From contig VFZE01000018.1 of NCBI GenBank assembly GCA_016871315.1, positions 35,699-99,698 on the forward strand: a stretch of DNA of 64,000 nt. The letters are read 5' to 3'. Positions 37,662 through 49,037 of this stretch are shown in pieces. The position numbers and the translations under genes are program-made. Origin of the DNA: Acidimicrobiia bacterium. GTDB lineage: Bacteria; Acidobacteriota; Terriglobia; Bryobacterales; Bryobacteraceae. The number at the start of each line of letters is the position of its first letter. Positions within the stretch are counted from its first letter, which is position 1. A model generated the notes under the pieces. The model was not told where the DNA came from. It saw only the letters and a program-made list of their open reading frames with translations, and made no database searches.

Positions 37662-39169
37662 GGGATGAGTTTTTGCGGTTACTTTTTGTCGAGGACGATG
37701 CGGCCGATATGGAGCTGGCCCTGCATCATCTGCGCAGGGCCGGCATCGAGGCCAGCGGGGAGCGGGTGCAAACCCCCGGAGAGTTAGAGGAGTGCCTTGG
37801 CAGCCAGTGCTATGACGTAGTGCTGTGCGATTACCATTTACCGGGCTGGACTGGCCTGGATGCTCTCGAAGAGGTTCGGCGGAGGGCCCCGTCGACACCC
37901 GTGCTGCTGCTGACGGGCGAGACGGGCGAGGAGCGGGTCCTCCTCAGCAGGAGGTTGGGCGCCTCCGAGTTGATTTACAAGGACAGGCTGGCGCTGCTTC
38001 CGGCTGCGGTGGAGGGAGCGGTCCGCTCCACGCGCACCCTGGAGGATTCCCGCCAGGAGTTGGAGGCAAGCCGAGAACGTTTTCGAAGCATCTTTGAGCA
38101 GGCCCCGTCGGGCATCGCGGTGGGATCGCCCGAGGGACGGTTCCTGGAGGTGAATCCGGCATTCTGCCGTATCACCGGCTACGGCGTCGAGCAACTGCTG
38201 GGAATGGGATGGGAGAACTTGGTGGCCGATGAAAGCGGGCTCGGAAATCTGTTCCGGGCACTGGCGGCGATGACCGGACCGGCCCCGGCGCTCCAGGCCG
38301 ACACCCAATTCCGGCACAAAGACGGCCACCTCGTGGACGTGCAATGGAGCTTGTCGCCGCTGCCTTGCGCCGCAGGAAAACCTGCCGCGCACATCGGACA
38401 GATCGCCGACATTACCCGGCGCAAACAAACCGAGCTCAAGCTGAGAGAGTACGCCATGGTGCTCGATCAGAGCAATCAGGATCTGCAGCACTTCGCCTAC
38501 GTCGCCTCGCACGATTTGCAGGAGCCGCTGCGGATGGTGAAAAGCTACATGGAACTGCTATCGCGGCGCTACTGCGGCAAATTGGATGCCGAGGCTGATG
38601 AATTCATCGGCTTCGCTATCGACGGCGCCACGCGCATGCAGAACCTGATCCAAGGTCTGCTAGCCTATTCCCGCATCGGCACCCAGGGCAAGCCGATGGA
38701 GCCGCTGGAACTGGACCACGTGCTCGAATCGGCGCTCGCCAATCTCGCGATCGCCGTTGCCGAGTGCGGCGCCGAGATCGGCGCCGGGCCGCTGCCGCGC
38801 GTGTGCGCCGACGCGGGCCAGTTGGTCCAGCTATTGCAGAACCTGATCGCGAATGCGCTGAAGTTCCGCGGTAGCGAGAGCCCGCGGATCCGCGTGGAAG
38901 CGTCAAGGGAAAACGGCGGCTGGAAAATCTCCGTCGCCGACAACGGCATCGGGCTGGACCCGAAGTTCCAGGACCGGATCTTCCAGATGTTCCAGCGCCT
39001 GCATGGCCCGGCCAAGTATCCAGGCTCCGGCATCGGACTGGCCCTGTGCAAGCGGATCGTGGAGCGGCACGGAGGGCGCATCTGGGTGGAATCGGAGCCT
39101 GGCGCGGGCGCCACCTTCCATTTCACGATTCCGGACCCGGCCGAGGAAAAAGGGGGCGCCGGTGACTGA
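37658..39169 (+). CDS. receiver-PAS-histidine kinase (N-terminal REC hybrid kinase)
   Basis: REC (LLFVEDD...[10 protein letters not shown]...LLLTG...K), PAS, H-box [12 protein letters not shown] and the HATPase boxes. GTG start overlaps the previous stop (GTGA). The longest ORF opens at 37568. Confidence 0.85.
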   Translation: MRDEFLRLLFVEDDAADMELALHHLRRAGIEASGERVQTPGELEECLGSQCYDVVLCDYHLPGWTGLDALEEVRRRAPSTPVLLLTGETGEERVLLSRRLGASELIYKDRLALLPAAVEGAVRSTRTLEDSRQELEASRERFRSIFEQAPSGIAVGSPEGRFLEVNPAFCRITGYGVEQLLGMGWENLVADESGLGNLFRALAAMTGPAPALQADTQFRHKDGHLVDVQWSLSPLPCAAGKPAAHIGQIADITRRKQTELKLREYAMVLDQSNQDLQHFAYVASHDLQEPLRMVKSYMELLSRRYCGKLDAEADEFIGFAIDGATRMQNLIQGLLAYSRIGTQGKPMEPLELDHVLESALANLAIAVAECGAEIGAGPLPRVCADAGQLVQLLQNLIANALKFRGSESPRIRVEASRENGGWKISVADNGIGLDPKFQDRIFQMFQRLHGPAKYPGSGIGLALCKRIVERHGGRIWVESEPGAGATFHFTIPDPAEEKGGAGD

Positions 39170-39185
39170 ACGGAGAACACGGCCC

Positions 39186-39611
39186 ATGCAGATCCTGGTG
39201 GTGGAGGACAACCCGGCCGATGTGCGGCTGATCAAGGAAGCTTTCCGGGAAGGCGGCCCGGCGAAAATGCTGCATGTGGTGGAGGACGGCGTGGAAGCGA
39301 TGGAATTCCTGCGCGGCGAAGGCAGCCATCAAGGAGCCCCCAAGCCGGACCTTGTGCTGCTGGATCTGAACCTGCCCCGCAAGAACGGATGCGAGTTGCT
39401 CCGCGAGATGCGCCACGATGAGCTGCTTTGCATGATCCCGACCGTCATGTTCTCCAGTTCCAGCGCCCAAGACGACATTCAGCGCGCCTACCGCGCGCAT
39501 GTCAATTGTTTCGTGACCAAGCCCGACAACCTGGACGAGTTTCTGGAAACCATCGGGCGCATCGAGGAGTTCTGGTTGGAGACGGTTCGCCTTCCGGAAT
39601 CAGAGGGATAG
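39186..39611 (+). CDS. single-domain response regulator (Rcp1/CheY-like)
   Basis: [16 protein letters not shown]...[13 protein letters not shown]...VMFSSS...FVTKP. No output domain. Confidence 0.85.
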   Translation: MQILVVEDNPADVRLIKEAFREGGPAKMLHVVEDGVEAMEFLRGEGSHQGAPKPDLVLLDLNLPRKNGCELLREMRHDELLCMIPTVMFSSSSAQDDIQRAYRAHVNCFVTKPDNLDEFLETIGRIEEFWLETVRLPESEG

Positions 39612-39710
39612 ACGTGCGCGCCAAGACGGGGAAGGAGAAGAGGACTAAGACTCATGGCTTTCAAGCCGATAATGCGAATGAGGATGACCGCCGGCGGGAG
39701 CCGAGGAAAA

Positions 39711-40940
39711 ATGAGCGATCGATTTGAAGTCAATGAAATGAAGATCCTGTTAGTGGAGGATAACCCGGGCGACGCCCGGCTGTTGCAGGAGGAGCTCAAG
39801 GGCGGCATCGAAGGGCAATTCGAGCTGACCTGGGTGGAGGATTTGAAGGCTGCCTTGAAGCTGCTGGCCGAGCGGCAAGAGAAGCCGGCCGAGAGCGGCA
39901 ACGGCGCCTTTGACGCGGTCCTGCTGGATCTGAATCTGCCCGACAGCCACGGACTGGAGACATTTCATTCGCTGCATGGGCAAGTGCCGGGACTCCCTGT
40001 GGTGCTGCTGACCGGACTCGAGGATGAAAAGACCGGTCTGCGCGCGGTGCAGGAAGGGGCGCAGGATTATCTGGTGAAGGGGCAGACCAGCGGTCCTGTC
40101 GTTGCCCGGTCGCTGCGCTATGCCATCGAGCGGAACCGCAACTTGCAATGGCACCGGACCAAGTCGCGGCACGCCTCCGGGGGGCGGATACTGACTGTGA
40201 TGGGAGTGAAGGGCGGAGTGGGCGCGACGACGGTGGCGCTGAACACCGCCGCGGTGTTGTCTCAGGACAAACTGGTGATCGCCGCCGAGCTGCGGCCCGA
40301 TTTCGGGAGCTTCTCCACTCATTTCCGCAAATTGGCGGGCCCGAACCTGGCCGAGCTGTATCGCATGAAGGCCGACGAAATCGGCGAATCGCATCTGGAA
40401 CAGCGGCTCATCAACTCCCAACTTGGTTTTTACCTTCTCCTGGGCCCACAGAACATCAGCGAGTTCGGCGACATCAGCAGCCATCATGCGGAAAAAGTGG
40501 CCGAGGTGCTTTCCGGCATGGGAGATTTCGTGATCGTCGATCTGCCCGCCGCACCGAGCGCCGCGCAGGAGGCGCTCCTCAAGAGGTCCAACGCCATCGT
40601 GCTGGTGAGTGAGCGCGACGACTCCTCGCTCATGTCGGCTCAAGTGACCATTGCCCGGCTGAACAAGTGGGGGATCAGCAGCGACGCGATGAGCCTCGTG
40701 CTGGTATCGAAGTTCCCGCACAGCGACGGGATGCCGGTGGAGGCGATTGAGAATAACCTCGGGGTTCGCGTATTGGGCATCGTTCCTCCAGCGCCCGATA
40801 TTTGCGCGGCCGCGCAAAAGGCCAGCGCTCCGCTGGTGCTCTACCGGCCACGCAGCGCCCCGGCCAGCATCCTCACCAGCGTTGCGCAACGCGCCGCGGC
40901 CATCGCCGTCGGTACGCCCGCGGCCGCTTCGCGCATCTGA
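39711..40940 (+). CDS. response-regulator receiver fused to a ParA/MinD-type (TadZ/CpaE-like) ATPase domain
   Basis: REC carries all consensus residues (VEDN, LLDLNLPD, LLTG, VKG). Deviant Walker A reads GVKGGVGATT, with Ala where the GK[ST] lysine is expected, followed by a DLP Walker B-like motif. Start could be ATG 39711 or 39738. Confidence 0.75.
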   Translation: MSDRFEVNEMKILLVEDNPGDARLLQEELKGGIEGQFELTWVEDLKAALKLLAERQEKPAESGNGAFDAVLLDLNLPDSHGLETFHSLHGQVPGLPVVLLTGLEDEKTGLRAVQEGAQDYLVKGQTSGPVVARSLRYAIERNRNLQWHRTKSRHASGGRILTVMGVKGGVGATTVALNTAAVLSQDKLVIAAELRPDFGSFSTHFRKLAGPNLAELYRMKADEIGESHLEQRLINSQLGFYLLLGPQNISEFGDISSHHAEKVAEVLSGMGDFVIVDLPAAPSAAQEALLKRSNAIVLVSERDDSSLMSAQVTIARLNKWGISSDAMSLVLVSKFPHSDGMPVEAIENNLGVRVLGIVPPAPDICAAAQKASAPLVLYRPRSAPASILTSVAQRAAAIAVGTPAAASRI

Positions 40941-40974
40941 AACCAGCCACGCCTTCAGCGGCGATAATGGTTCG

Positions 40975-42147
40975 GTGTCTACGCCATCCTCGCCCCCGCT
41001 CGGCGGGCTGTTGATCCTCGATCTCACGCGCGCCGTGGCCGGCCCTTTCGCCACCATGCTCCTCGGTGATCTTGGCGCGCGCGTCATCAAAGTGGAGGAA
41101 GAAGGCCACGGTGATGAGACGCGGGGCTGGGGTCCGCCCTTTCTCGACGGCATCTCCTCCTACTTCCTTACCATGAACCGCAACAAGGAAAGCGTCGGTG
41201 TGAACCTGAAACAGGATCAGGGCCGCGCGCTCCTGAAGGCGATGGCCGCCAAGGCTGACGTTCTCATCGAAAACTTCCGCCCCGGCGTGATGGACCGGCT
41301 GGGATTCTCCTACCAGCAACTCTCCGCCCTGAACCCGAGGCTGGTCTACGCCTCCATTTCCGGCTTCGGCTTCAGCGGCCCGCTCGAAAACAAGCCGGGC
41401 TACGATCTGATCGTTCAGGCGATGAGCGGCTTGATGCATGCCAGCGCCGCCGAGGGCTCGCCGCCCGTCAAAGTGGCCCCGCCCATCTCTGACATTCTCA
41501 CCGCGCTGTTCACCGGGCAAGCGATTCTGGCGGCGCTCTATGGCAGAGAAAAAACGGGCTGTGGGCGCAGGATCCAGGTCAGCCTGCTTGAAGGCATGCT
41601 GTGCGCGATGAGCAACCTGGCCGGAGAATACCTGATGACGGGGACGCCACCGAGGCGCGTCGGAACGGCGCAGGCAAACATCGTGCCCTACCAGATGTTC
41701 CGCTGCCAGGATGCATCCATCGTCGCCGGCGCCCCTAACGAGCGGCTCTGGGCGCGCTTCTGCCAGGCGCTCGGCCAGCCGCAATGGCTCGAGCAGGAGA
41801 AATACCGCGGCAACGCGGCCCGCAACCAGCACCGCGACGAGCTGGTGCAAGAGATCGAGCAGGTGCTGGCGCGCGCCAAGGCCGCCGACTGGATCGCCAA
41901 GCTCGAGGAACACGAAATCCCGTGCGGCCCCGTGTTGTCGATTGCCCAGGCTCTCGCTCAACCACAGGTGGCCTCGCAAGCCGGCGTTGTCGAGCTTCAG
42001 CACCCGAAGCTGGGTCCCCTGCGTATGGTCGGCAACCCGATGCGCATGGACGGCTTCCAACCCGAACATGCGCCGCCGCCGGAGTTGAACGAGCATGGCG
42101 GCCGGATCATCGAGGAGTTCCTTGGCGGGCCGCTAGATCGCCTCTAA
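40975..42147 (+). CDS. family III CoA-transferase (CaiB/BaiF-like)
   Basis: PLGGLLILDLTRAVAGPFATMLLGDLGARVIKVEE and an internal GYD motif. GTG start chosen because no ATG lies between the ORF opening (40747, inside the upstream gene) and the conserved N-terminus. Confidence 0.85.
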   Translation: MSTPSSPPLGGLLILDLTRAVAGPFATMLLGDLGARVIKVEEEGHGDETRGWGPPFLDGISSYFLTMNRNKESVGVNLKQDQGRALLKAMAAKADVLIENFRPGVMDRLGFSYQQLSALNPRLVYASISGFGFSGPLENKPGYDLIVQAMSGLMHASAAEGSPPVKVAPPISDILTALFTGQAILAALYGREKTGCGRRIQVSLLEGMLCAMSNLAGEYLMTGTPPRRVGTAQANIVPYQMFRCQDASIVAGAPNERLWARFCQALGQPQWLEQEKYRGNAARNQHRDELVQEIEQVLARAKAADWIAKLEEHEIPCGPVLSIAQALAQPQVASQAGVVELQHPKLGPLRMVGNPMRMDGFQPEHAPPPELNEHGGRIIEEFLGGPLDRL

Positions 42148-42149
42148 CG

Positions 42150-42305
42150 CTGCAATTACAGAACTACCGCGCCAAGCATCTCAATACGGGCCGCGAACTT
42201 CTTGTCCACACCCTGTCTCCGGGCAAACATATCATCACGCTCAGTGTTGCCGACGGAATTGGTGGCGTAACGCGTGCGACACGAACGATCAGCGTGCGGG
42301 AGTAA
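42150..42305 (+). pseudogene. start-less relic encoding an Ig/PKD-like C-terminal beta-domain
   Basis: The open frame after the CoA-transferase stop reads ...LNTGRELLVHTLSPGKHIITLSVADGIGGVTRATRTISVRE*. This fits the pattern G.H.ITL.V.D..G....I.V, typical of the last strands of PKD/Big-type domains. There is no start codon and no N-terminal part. Confidence 0.25.
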
Positions 42306-42310
42306 TTCGA

Positions 42311-42634
42311 TCAACGCTCTTCTCCCGGACAGTCGCTCCTGCGAAAACGGTCCGCCAGCGCCGTCCTGATCTGAGAATGACGGAGCAGGAAGGATCGTTC
42401 ATTCAGGCGCTTTCGCCGTAGCCAGCGAGTGACTTCGGCATTGCATTTGCTGGTATTGCACGATCCGCATGCCGGCACGATATTGTCCAGCGTGTAGCGT
42501 CCCCCGCGGGACAGCGCAAGCACGCAGTCGCGCTGCAACTGCTTGCCGGTCTCTCCGCAGTAGGCGCAGCCGCCCCACGCCTCCTGGAGAGCGGTCCACT
42601 GCTCTTCGCTGAGGTCGTGCTCGACCCGATCCAT
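42311..42634 (-). CDS. small HNH-like zinc-finger nuclease-fold protein
   Basis: CAYCG...DCVLALSRGG....NIVPACGSCNTSK shows two CxxC pairs with HNH-family spacing. The usual first His is Cys. The longest ORF (TTG start) extends to 42838 through an Arg-rich region. Confidence 0.6.
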   Translation of the reverse strand: MDRVEHDLSEEQWTALQEAWGGCAYCGETGKQLQRDCVLALSRGGRYTLDNIVPACGSCNTSKCNAEVTRWLRRKRLNERSFLLRHSQIRTALADRFRRSDCPGEER

Positions 42635-43036
42635 TCGGCGCTTGCGCCGTCTGGCTGCCCGGGCTCTGCGGCTTCGGCTGGTTTTCACTCCTCCCAGGGT
42701 ACTCCGCCGAAGACAATGGCATGCGGTCCCATGCCGTCTCCACTTATCTTCCCTTTGAAATGTTGCCTTTAGCCGGACCTTCCTTTCACTCTCCGTACCG
42801 TTCGGCGGAAACTGCTGTTGGAGGTTGCCTGCATCCAATCCGAGGCGGGCAGCAGCTTTAGGCTTTCTCTGCAGAACGAACCCTCACGGCGAGCAAGTCT
42901 ATCTCTATCAACGAAATACGCAGATCCACGCGAATGCATTCGACACAATTCGACACTTTTTCGACAGTTTCTTGCGCCGTACAAAATTGCGGAACGAACT
43001 CACCCACCCGTCCTGATGCCGCGCCATAATATACCC

Positions 43037-46168
<3,132 letters not shown>

Positions 46169-46218
46169 CCGGATCAGGCATGATGGAGCAAGTGGATGAT
46201 GGCTCAGGAGGCTATTTT

Positions 46219-46788
46219 ATGTATTTGCGTTTGATTCTCAGCACCGTTGCGGCTGCGGCGGCGTGGGGGGCCGATATTGGCCGCTTCGACTACAGGGTCT
46301 TGGCTGCCAACAAGACATCCACGATGGAAAAAGAGATTAACGAGGCAGCCGACGCTGGCTATTCCTTCCGCGGGGTGATGGGCGGCGAGACTGGGTTCGG
46401 CGGGAAGGAGGTTGTGGTGATCATGGGCAAGGATCCGAGTTCGACGGCCCGCAGCCCAATGCGCTACAAGCTTCTGGCGACCTCAAGGACAGGAACTCTC
46501 CAAAGAGAAATTCAGCAGGCCGGCGACGAAGGGTTCGAGTACCTTGGCCAAACCGTGTTCGAGTCAACATTCGGGGGCAGGGAAGTAAGCGTCATTCTGC
46601 AACGCAATCCGGAGAAGGCTGCGAGGCGGTTTCAATACAAGCTGCTGGCCACCTCGAAGACGTCGACCATGCAAAAGGAGCTTAAGCAGGCCGGAGAAGA
46701 AGGGTTTGAATTCCTGGGCATGACAGTTGGCAAGACGGCCATCGGCGGCAGTGAAGTGGTCTGCTTTCTTCGCAAGGTACTGGAGTAG
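46219..46788 (+). CDS. secreted protein made of three tandem DUF4177-like repeats
   Basis: AGGAGG lies 7 nt before ATG 46219, followed by a signal peptide. Three units of about 57 aa follow the pattern Y[RK]xLA..KTSTM[EQ]KE[IL]..AG.EGFE[YF]LG....T..GG.EV. Confidence 0.6.
   Translation: MYLRLILSTVAAAAAWGADIGRFDYRVLAANKTSTMEKEINEAADAGYSFRGVMGGETGFGGKEVVVIMGKDPSSTARSPMRYKLLATSRTGTLQREIQQAGDEGFEYLGQTVFESTFGGREVSVILQRNPEKAARRFQYKLLATSKTSTMQKELKQAGEEGFEFLGMTVGKTAIGGSEVVCFLRKVLE
46291..46779 (+). repeat. three tandem in-frame coding repeats (period about 171-174 nt)
   Basis: Repeat units start at about 46291, 46465 and 46636. Units 2 and 3 are also similar at the DNA level (tacaagctNctggcNacctcNaag...). 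Confidence 0.6.
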
Positions 46789-46799
46789 CAGACGGTAGC

Positions 46800-48647
46800 T
46801 CACTGGCGCGTGAGAACTCTTAGGTAGGACGGCTGCGACTGCGAACGGTAGACGCGGTGCGTCGCTTTCTGGAAGTCGCTTTCCCTCGCGTTGTAGATGT
46901 CGACAAACTTCTGCGGGTTGCGGTCCACCAGCGGAAACCAGGAGCTTTGCACCTGCACCATGATGCGGTGATCGCGCCGGAAGGTGTGGTAGATGTCCGG
47001 TAGCTCGAATTCCACCTTCGTTGCCTTGCCGGGTTCGAACGCCTGCGGCTTGTCGAAGCCGTTGCGGAACCGGCCGCGGAACGGTTCCCCGCGCAGCAGC
47101 TGCTGGTAGCCGCCCATGCGGATGGCTTTCGGATTGGGGTCAGGGTCGGGGAAGTTGTCCGGATAAACGTCGATCAACTTGACGACGAAGTCGGCGTCGG
47201 TTCCGGTGATCGAGACGTTGAGGCTGGCGGTGAACGGGCCGGCAATGACAATGTCTTCGGTGAGCGGATCGCTTTGGTAGACCAGCACATCGGGCCGTGT
47301 GGAGGCGAAACGCTGATCGTCGGTCATGTATTCGCGCGTCATGCCGATGGCCACGTAGTCGATGAACGGTACCGGCTTCATCGGGTCGCTGGGATATTCG
47401 TCGAAGGCGTTCGCATCGGTGGGTGGATCCCAGCTCAGCTTGCCGCCGGGATGGTAGTAGAGCCGCCGCTCACGGGTCGGCTTGGGAGGCCAGGCGTCGT
47501 GACGGCGCCATTCGTTGACGCCCGTCTCAAACATATAGGCCTCGGGCAGTTTCATCTCGCCCTTGCCCTTGAGATGGTATTCAAAGAAGGGCAGCTCGAT
47601 CTGTTCGCGGTAGAACTGCGCCGTCTTGGAGTGAAACATGGCGTTACCGAGCCGGTCTCCGTCGCCGCGCGACCAGCCACCGTGATCCCACGGACCCATG
47701 ACGATCATGTTCTGGCCGCGCGGGTTGTTCTTTTCGATGAACTCGTACATCCGCAGGGGGCCGTAAATGTCCTCGGCGTCAAACCATCCGCCGACGGTCA
47801 TGATGGCCGGCTTGATCGACTTCAGGTGCTGGATGACGTTGCGGGCCTTCCAATATTCGTCGTAGTTGGGATGCTGCATCATCTCTTTCCAGAAGGCTGA
47901 CTTGCCCTTGAAGAACTTCTCGTCGGCATTGGAGAGAACGCCCATGCGGAGGAAGAATTCGTAACCATTCGGCGTGTCGTGATCAAAGTTCGGAACCCCC
48001 TTCTTGGTGGGTTCCGGGTGTGGCATATCGACGTTGATGAGGAAGTTGAAAGCGTGGGCGAGGAAGAGCGCGCCGTTGTGATGAAAGTCGTCGCCGATGA
48101 ACCACTCGGCAACCGGGGCTTGCGGGGAAGAAGCGGCCAGCGCCGGATGAGCGTCGATCGCTCCCATCGCGGCGTAGAAGCCGGGATAGGAGATGCCCCA
48201 CATGCCGACGCGGCCGTTGTGGCCGGGGATGTTCTTCACGAGCCAGTCGATGGTGTCGAAGGTATCGGTGGATTCGTCGATATCCTTGGGGCCGGATTTC
48301 GCCGGCTTGTGCGGACGCACGTGCAGGAACTCGCCTTGCGACGCCCAGCGGCCGCGCACATCCTGGTAGACGATGATGTAACCCTCCCGCGCGAACTGAG
48401 CCCACGGGCCGATGTTTTCGCGGTACTGATCGACGCCGTATGGCCGCAGACTGTACGGAGTCCGGTTGAGCAGGATGGGGTAGCGCTGTGAGGTGTCCTT
48501 CGGCGTGTAGACGGCGGTGTATAGTTTCACGCCGTCGCGCATCGGGACTTCGAATTCGTGCTTGGTGTAGTGGGCTTTCACGTAATCGACGCCTTGTGGG
48601 TACAGAACACACGCGGTCAACAGAAACAGGACAACTCGGTTGCGCAT
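46800..48647 (-). CDS. S15 family CocE/NonD hydrolase (Xaa-Pro dipeptidyl-peptidase-like), secreted
   Basis: Signal peptide MRNRVVLFLLTACVLYPQ. MRDGVKLYTAVYTP, LNRTPY, and nucleophile region MWGISYPGFYA. Start set at internal M129 of the ORF. Confidence 0.85.
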   Translation of the reverse strand: MRNRVVLFLLTACVLYPQGVDYVKAHYTKHEFEVPMRDGVKLYTAVYTPKDTSQRYPILLNRTPYSLRPYGVDQYRENIGPWAQFAREGYIIVYQDVRGRWASQGEFLHVRPHKPAKSGPKDIDESTDTFDTIDWLVKNIPGHNGRVGMWGISYPGFYAAMGAIDAHPALAASSPQAPVAEWFIGDDFHHNGALFLAHAFNFLINVDMPHPEPTKKGVPNFDHDTPNGYEFFLRMGVLSNADEKFFKGKSAFWKEMMQHPNYDEYWKARNVIQHLKSIKPAIMTVGGWFDAEDIYGPLRMYEFIEKNNPRGQNMIVMGPWDHGGWSRGDGDRLGNAMFHSKTAQFYREQIELPFFEYHLKGKGEMKLPEAYMFETGVNEWRRHDAWPPKPTRERRLYYHPGGKLSWDPPTDANAFDEYPSDPMKPVPFIDYVAIGMTREYMTDDQRFASTRPDVLVYQSDPLTEDIVIAGPFTASLNVSITGTDADFVVKLIDVYPDNFPDPDPNPKAIRMGGYQQLLRGEPFRGRFRNGFDKPQAFEPGKATKVEFELPDIYHTFRRDHRIMVQVQSSWFPLVDRNPQKFVDIYNARESDFQKATHRVYRSQSQPSYLRVLTRQ

Positions 48648-48657
48648 GACAGCGATC

Positions 48658-48991
48658 TTATCGTGAAAATGGGAGAGCGGCGAGGTCGAGATCGGCGCCG
48701 AGGCCAGAGGCTTCCGGCAATAGATAGTTTGCCCCGTCCATGCGGATCGGTTCGTGCAGGAAGCGATTGGCGACCTCGAGCACCTTAGCCGTGAAGCCTT
48801 GATCGCGGAACCGCGCCCCATATGCCACGCGCTCGGCAATCGAACCTCCGGCGACGCCGCTGAGATAGGAGGGAATGCTGGTGCGGTGCGTCCCGGAAAG
48901 CAGCGCCGCAACAGGCTTGTTTTGAGCCGGTGGACGCGGCGAGATCGCGCGGGATGCTTATAGGGATCGCGATGATGTTGGCGATGCGCAT
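48658..48991 (-). pseudogene. collapsed relic of an enolase-superfamily (MR/MLE) gene: frameshifted N-terminus joined to the C-terminus, barrel deleted
   Basis: Frame A reads MRIANIIAIPISIPRDL. Frame B reads KPVAALLSGTHRTSIPSYLSGVAGGSIAERVAYGARFRDQGFTAKVLEV, joined directly to ANRFLHEPIRMDGANYLLPEASGLGADLDLAAL*. These match the capping-domain and C-terminal motifs of MR/MLE enzymes. About 230 aa of barrel are missing and frame B has no start codon. Confidence 0.5.
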
Positions 48992-49037
48992 CGGAGGTTC
49001 CATGGTAGTACGGCAGTGAGGATACAATCACAGAATC

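Noticed and set aside
39750-42096. Minus-strand ORFs of 467 aa (39750-41153) and 407 aa (40873-42096)
   Set aside because: They are antisense to the REC-TadZ-like gene and the CoA-transferase gene, both of which have clear motifs. The antisense products have shadow-ORF composition.
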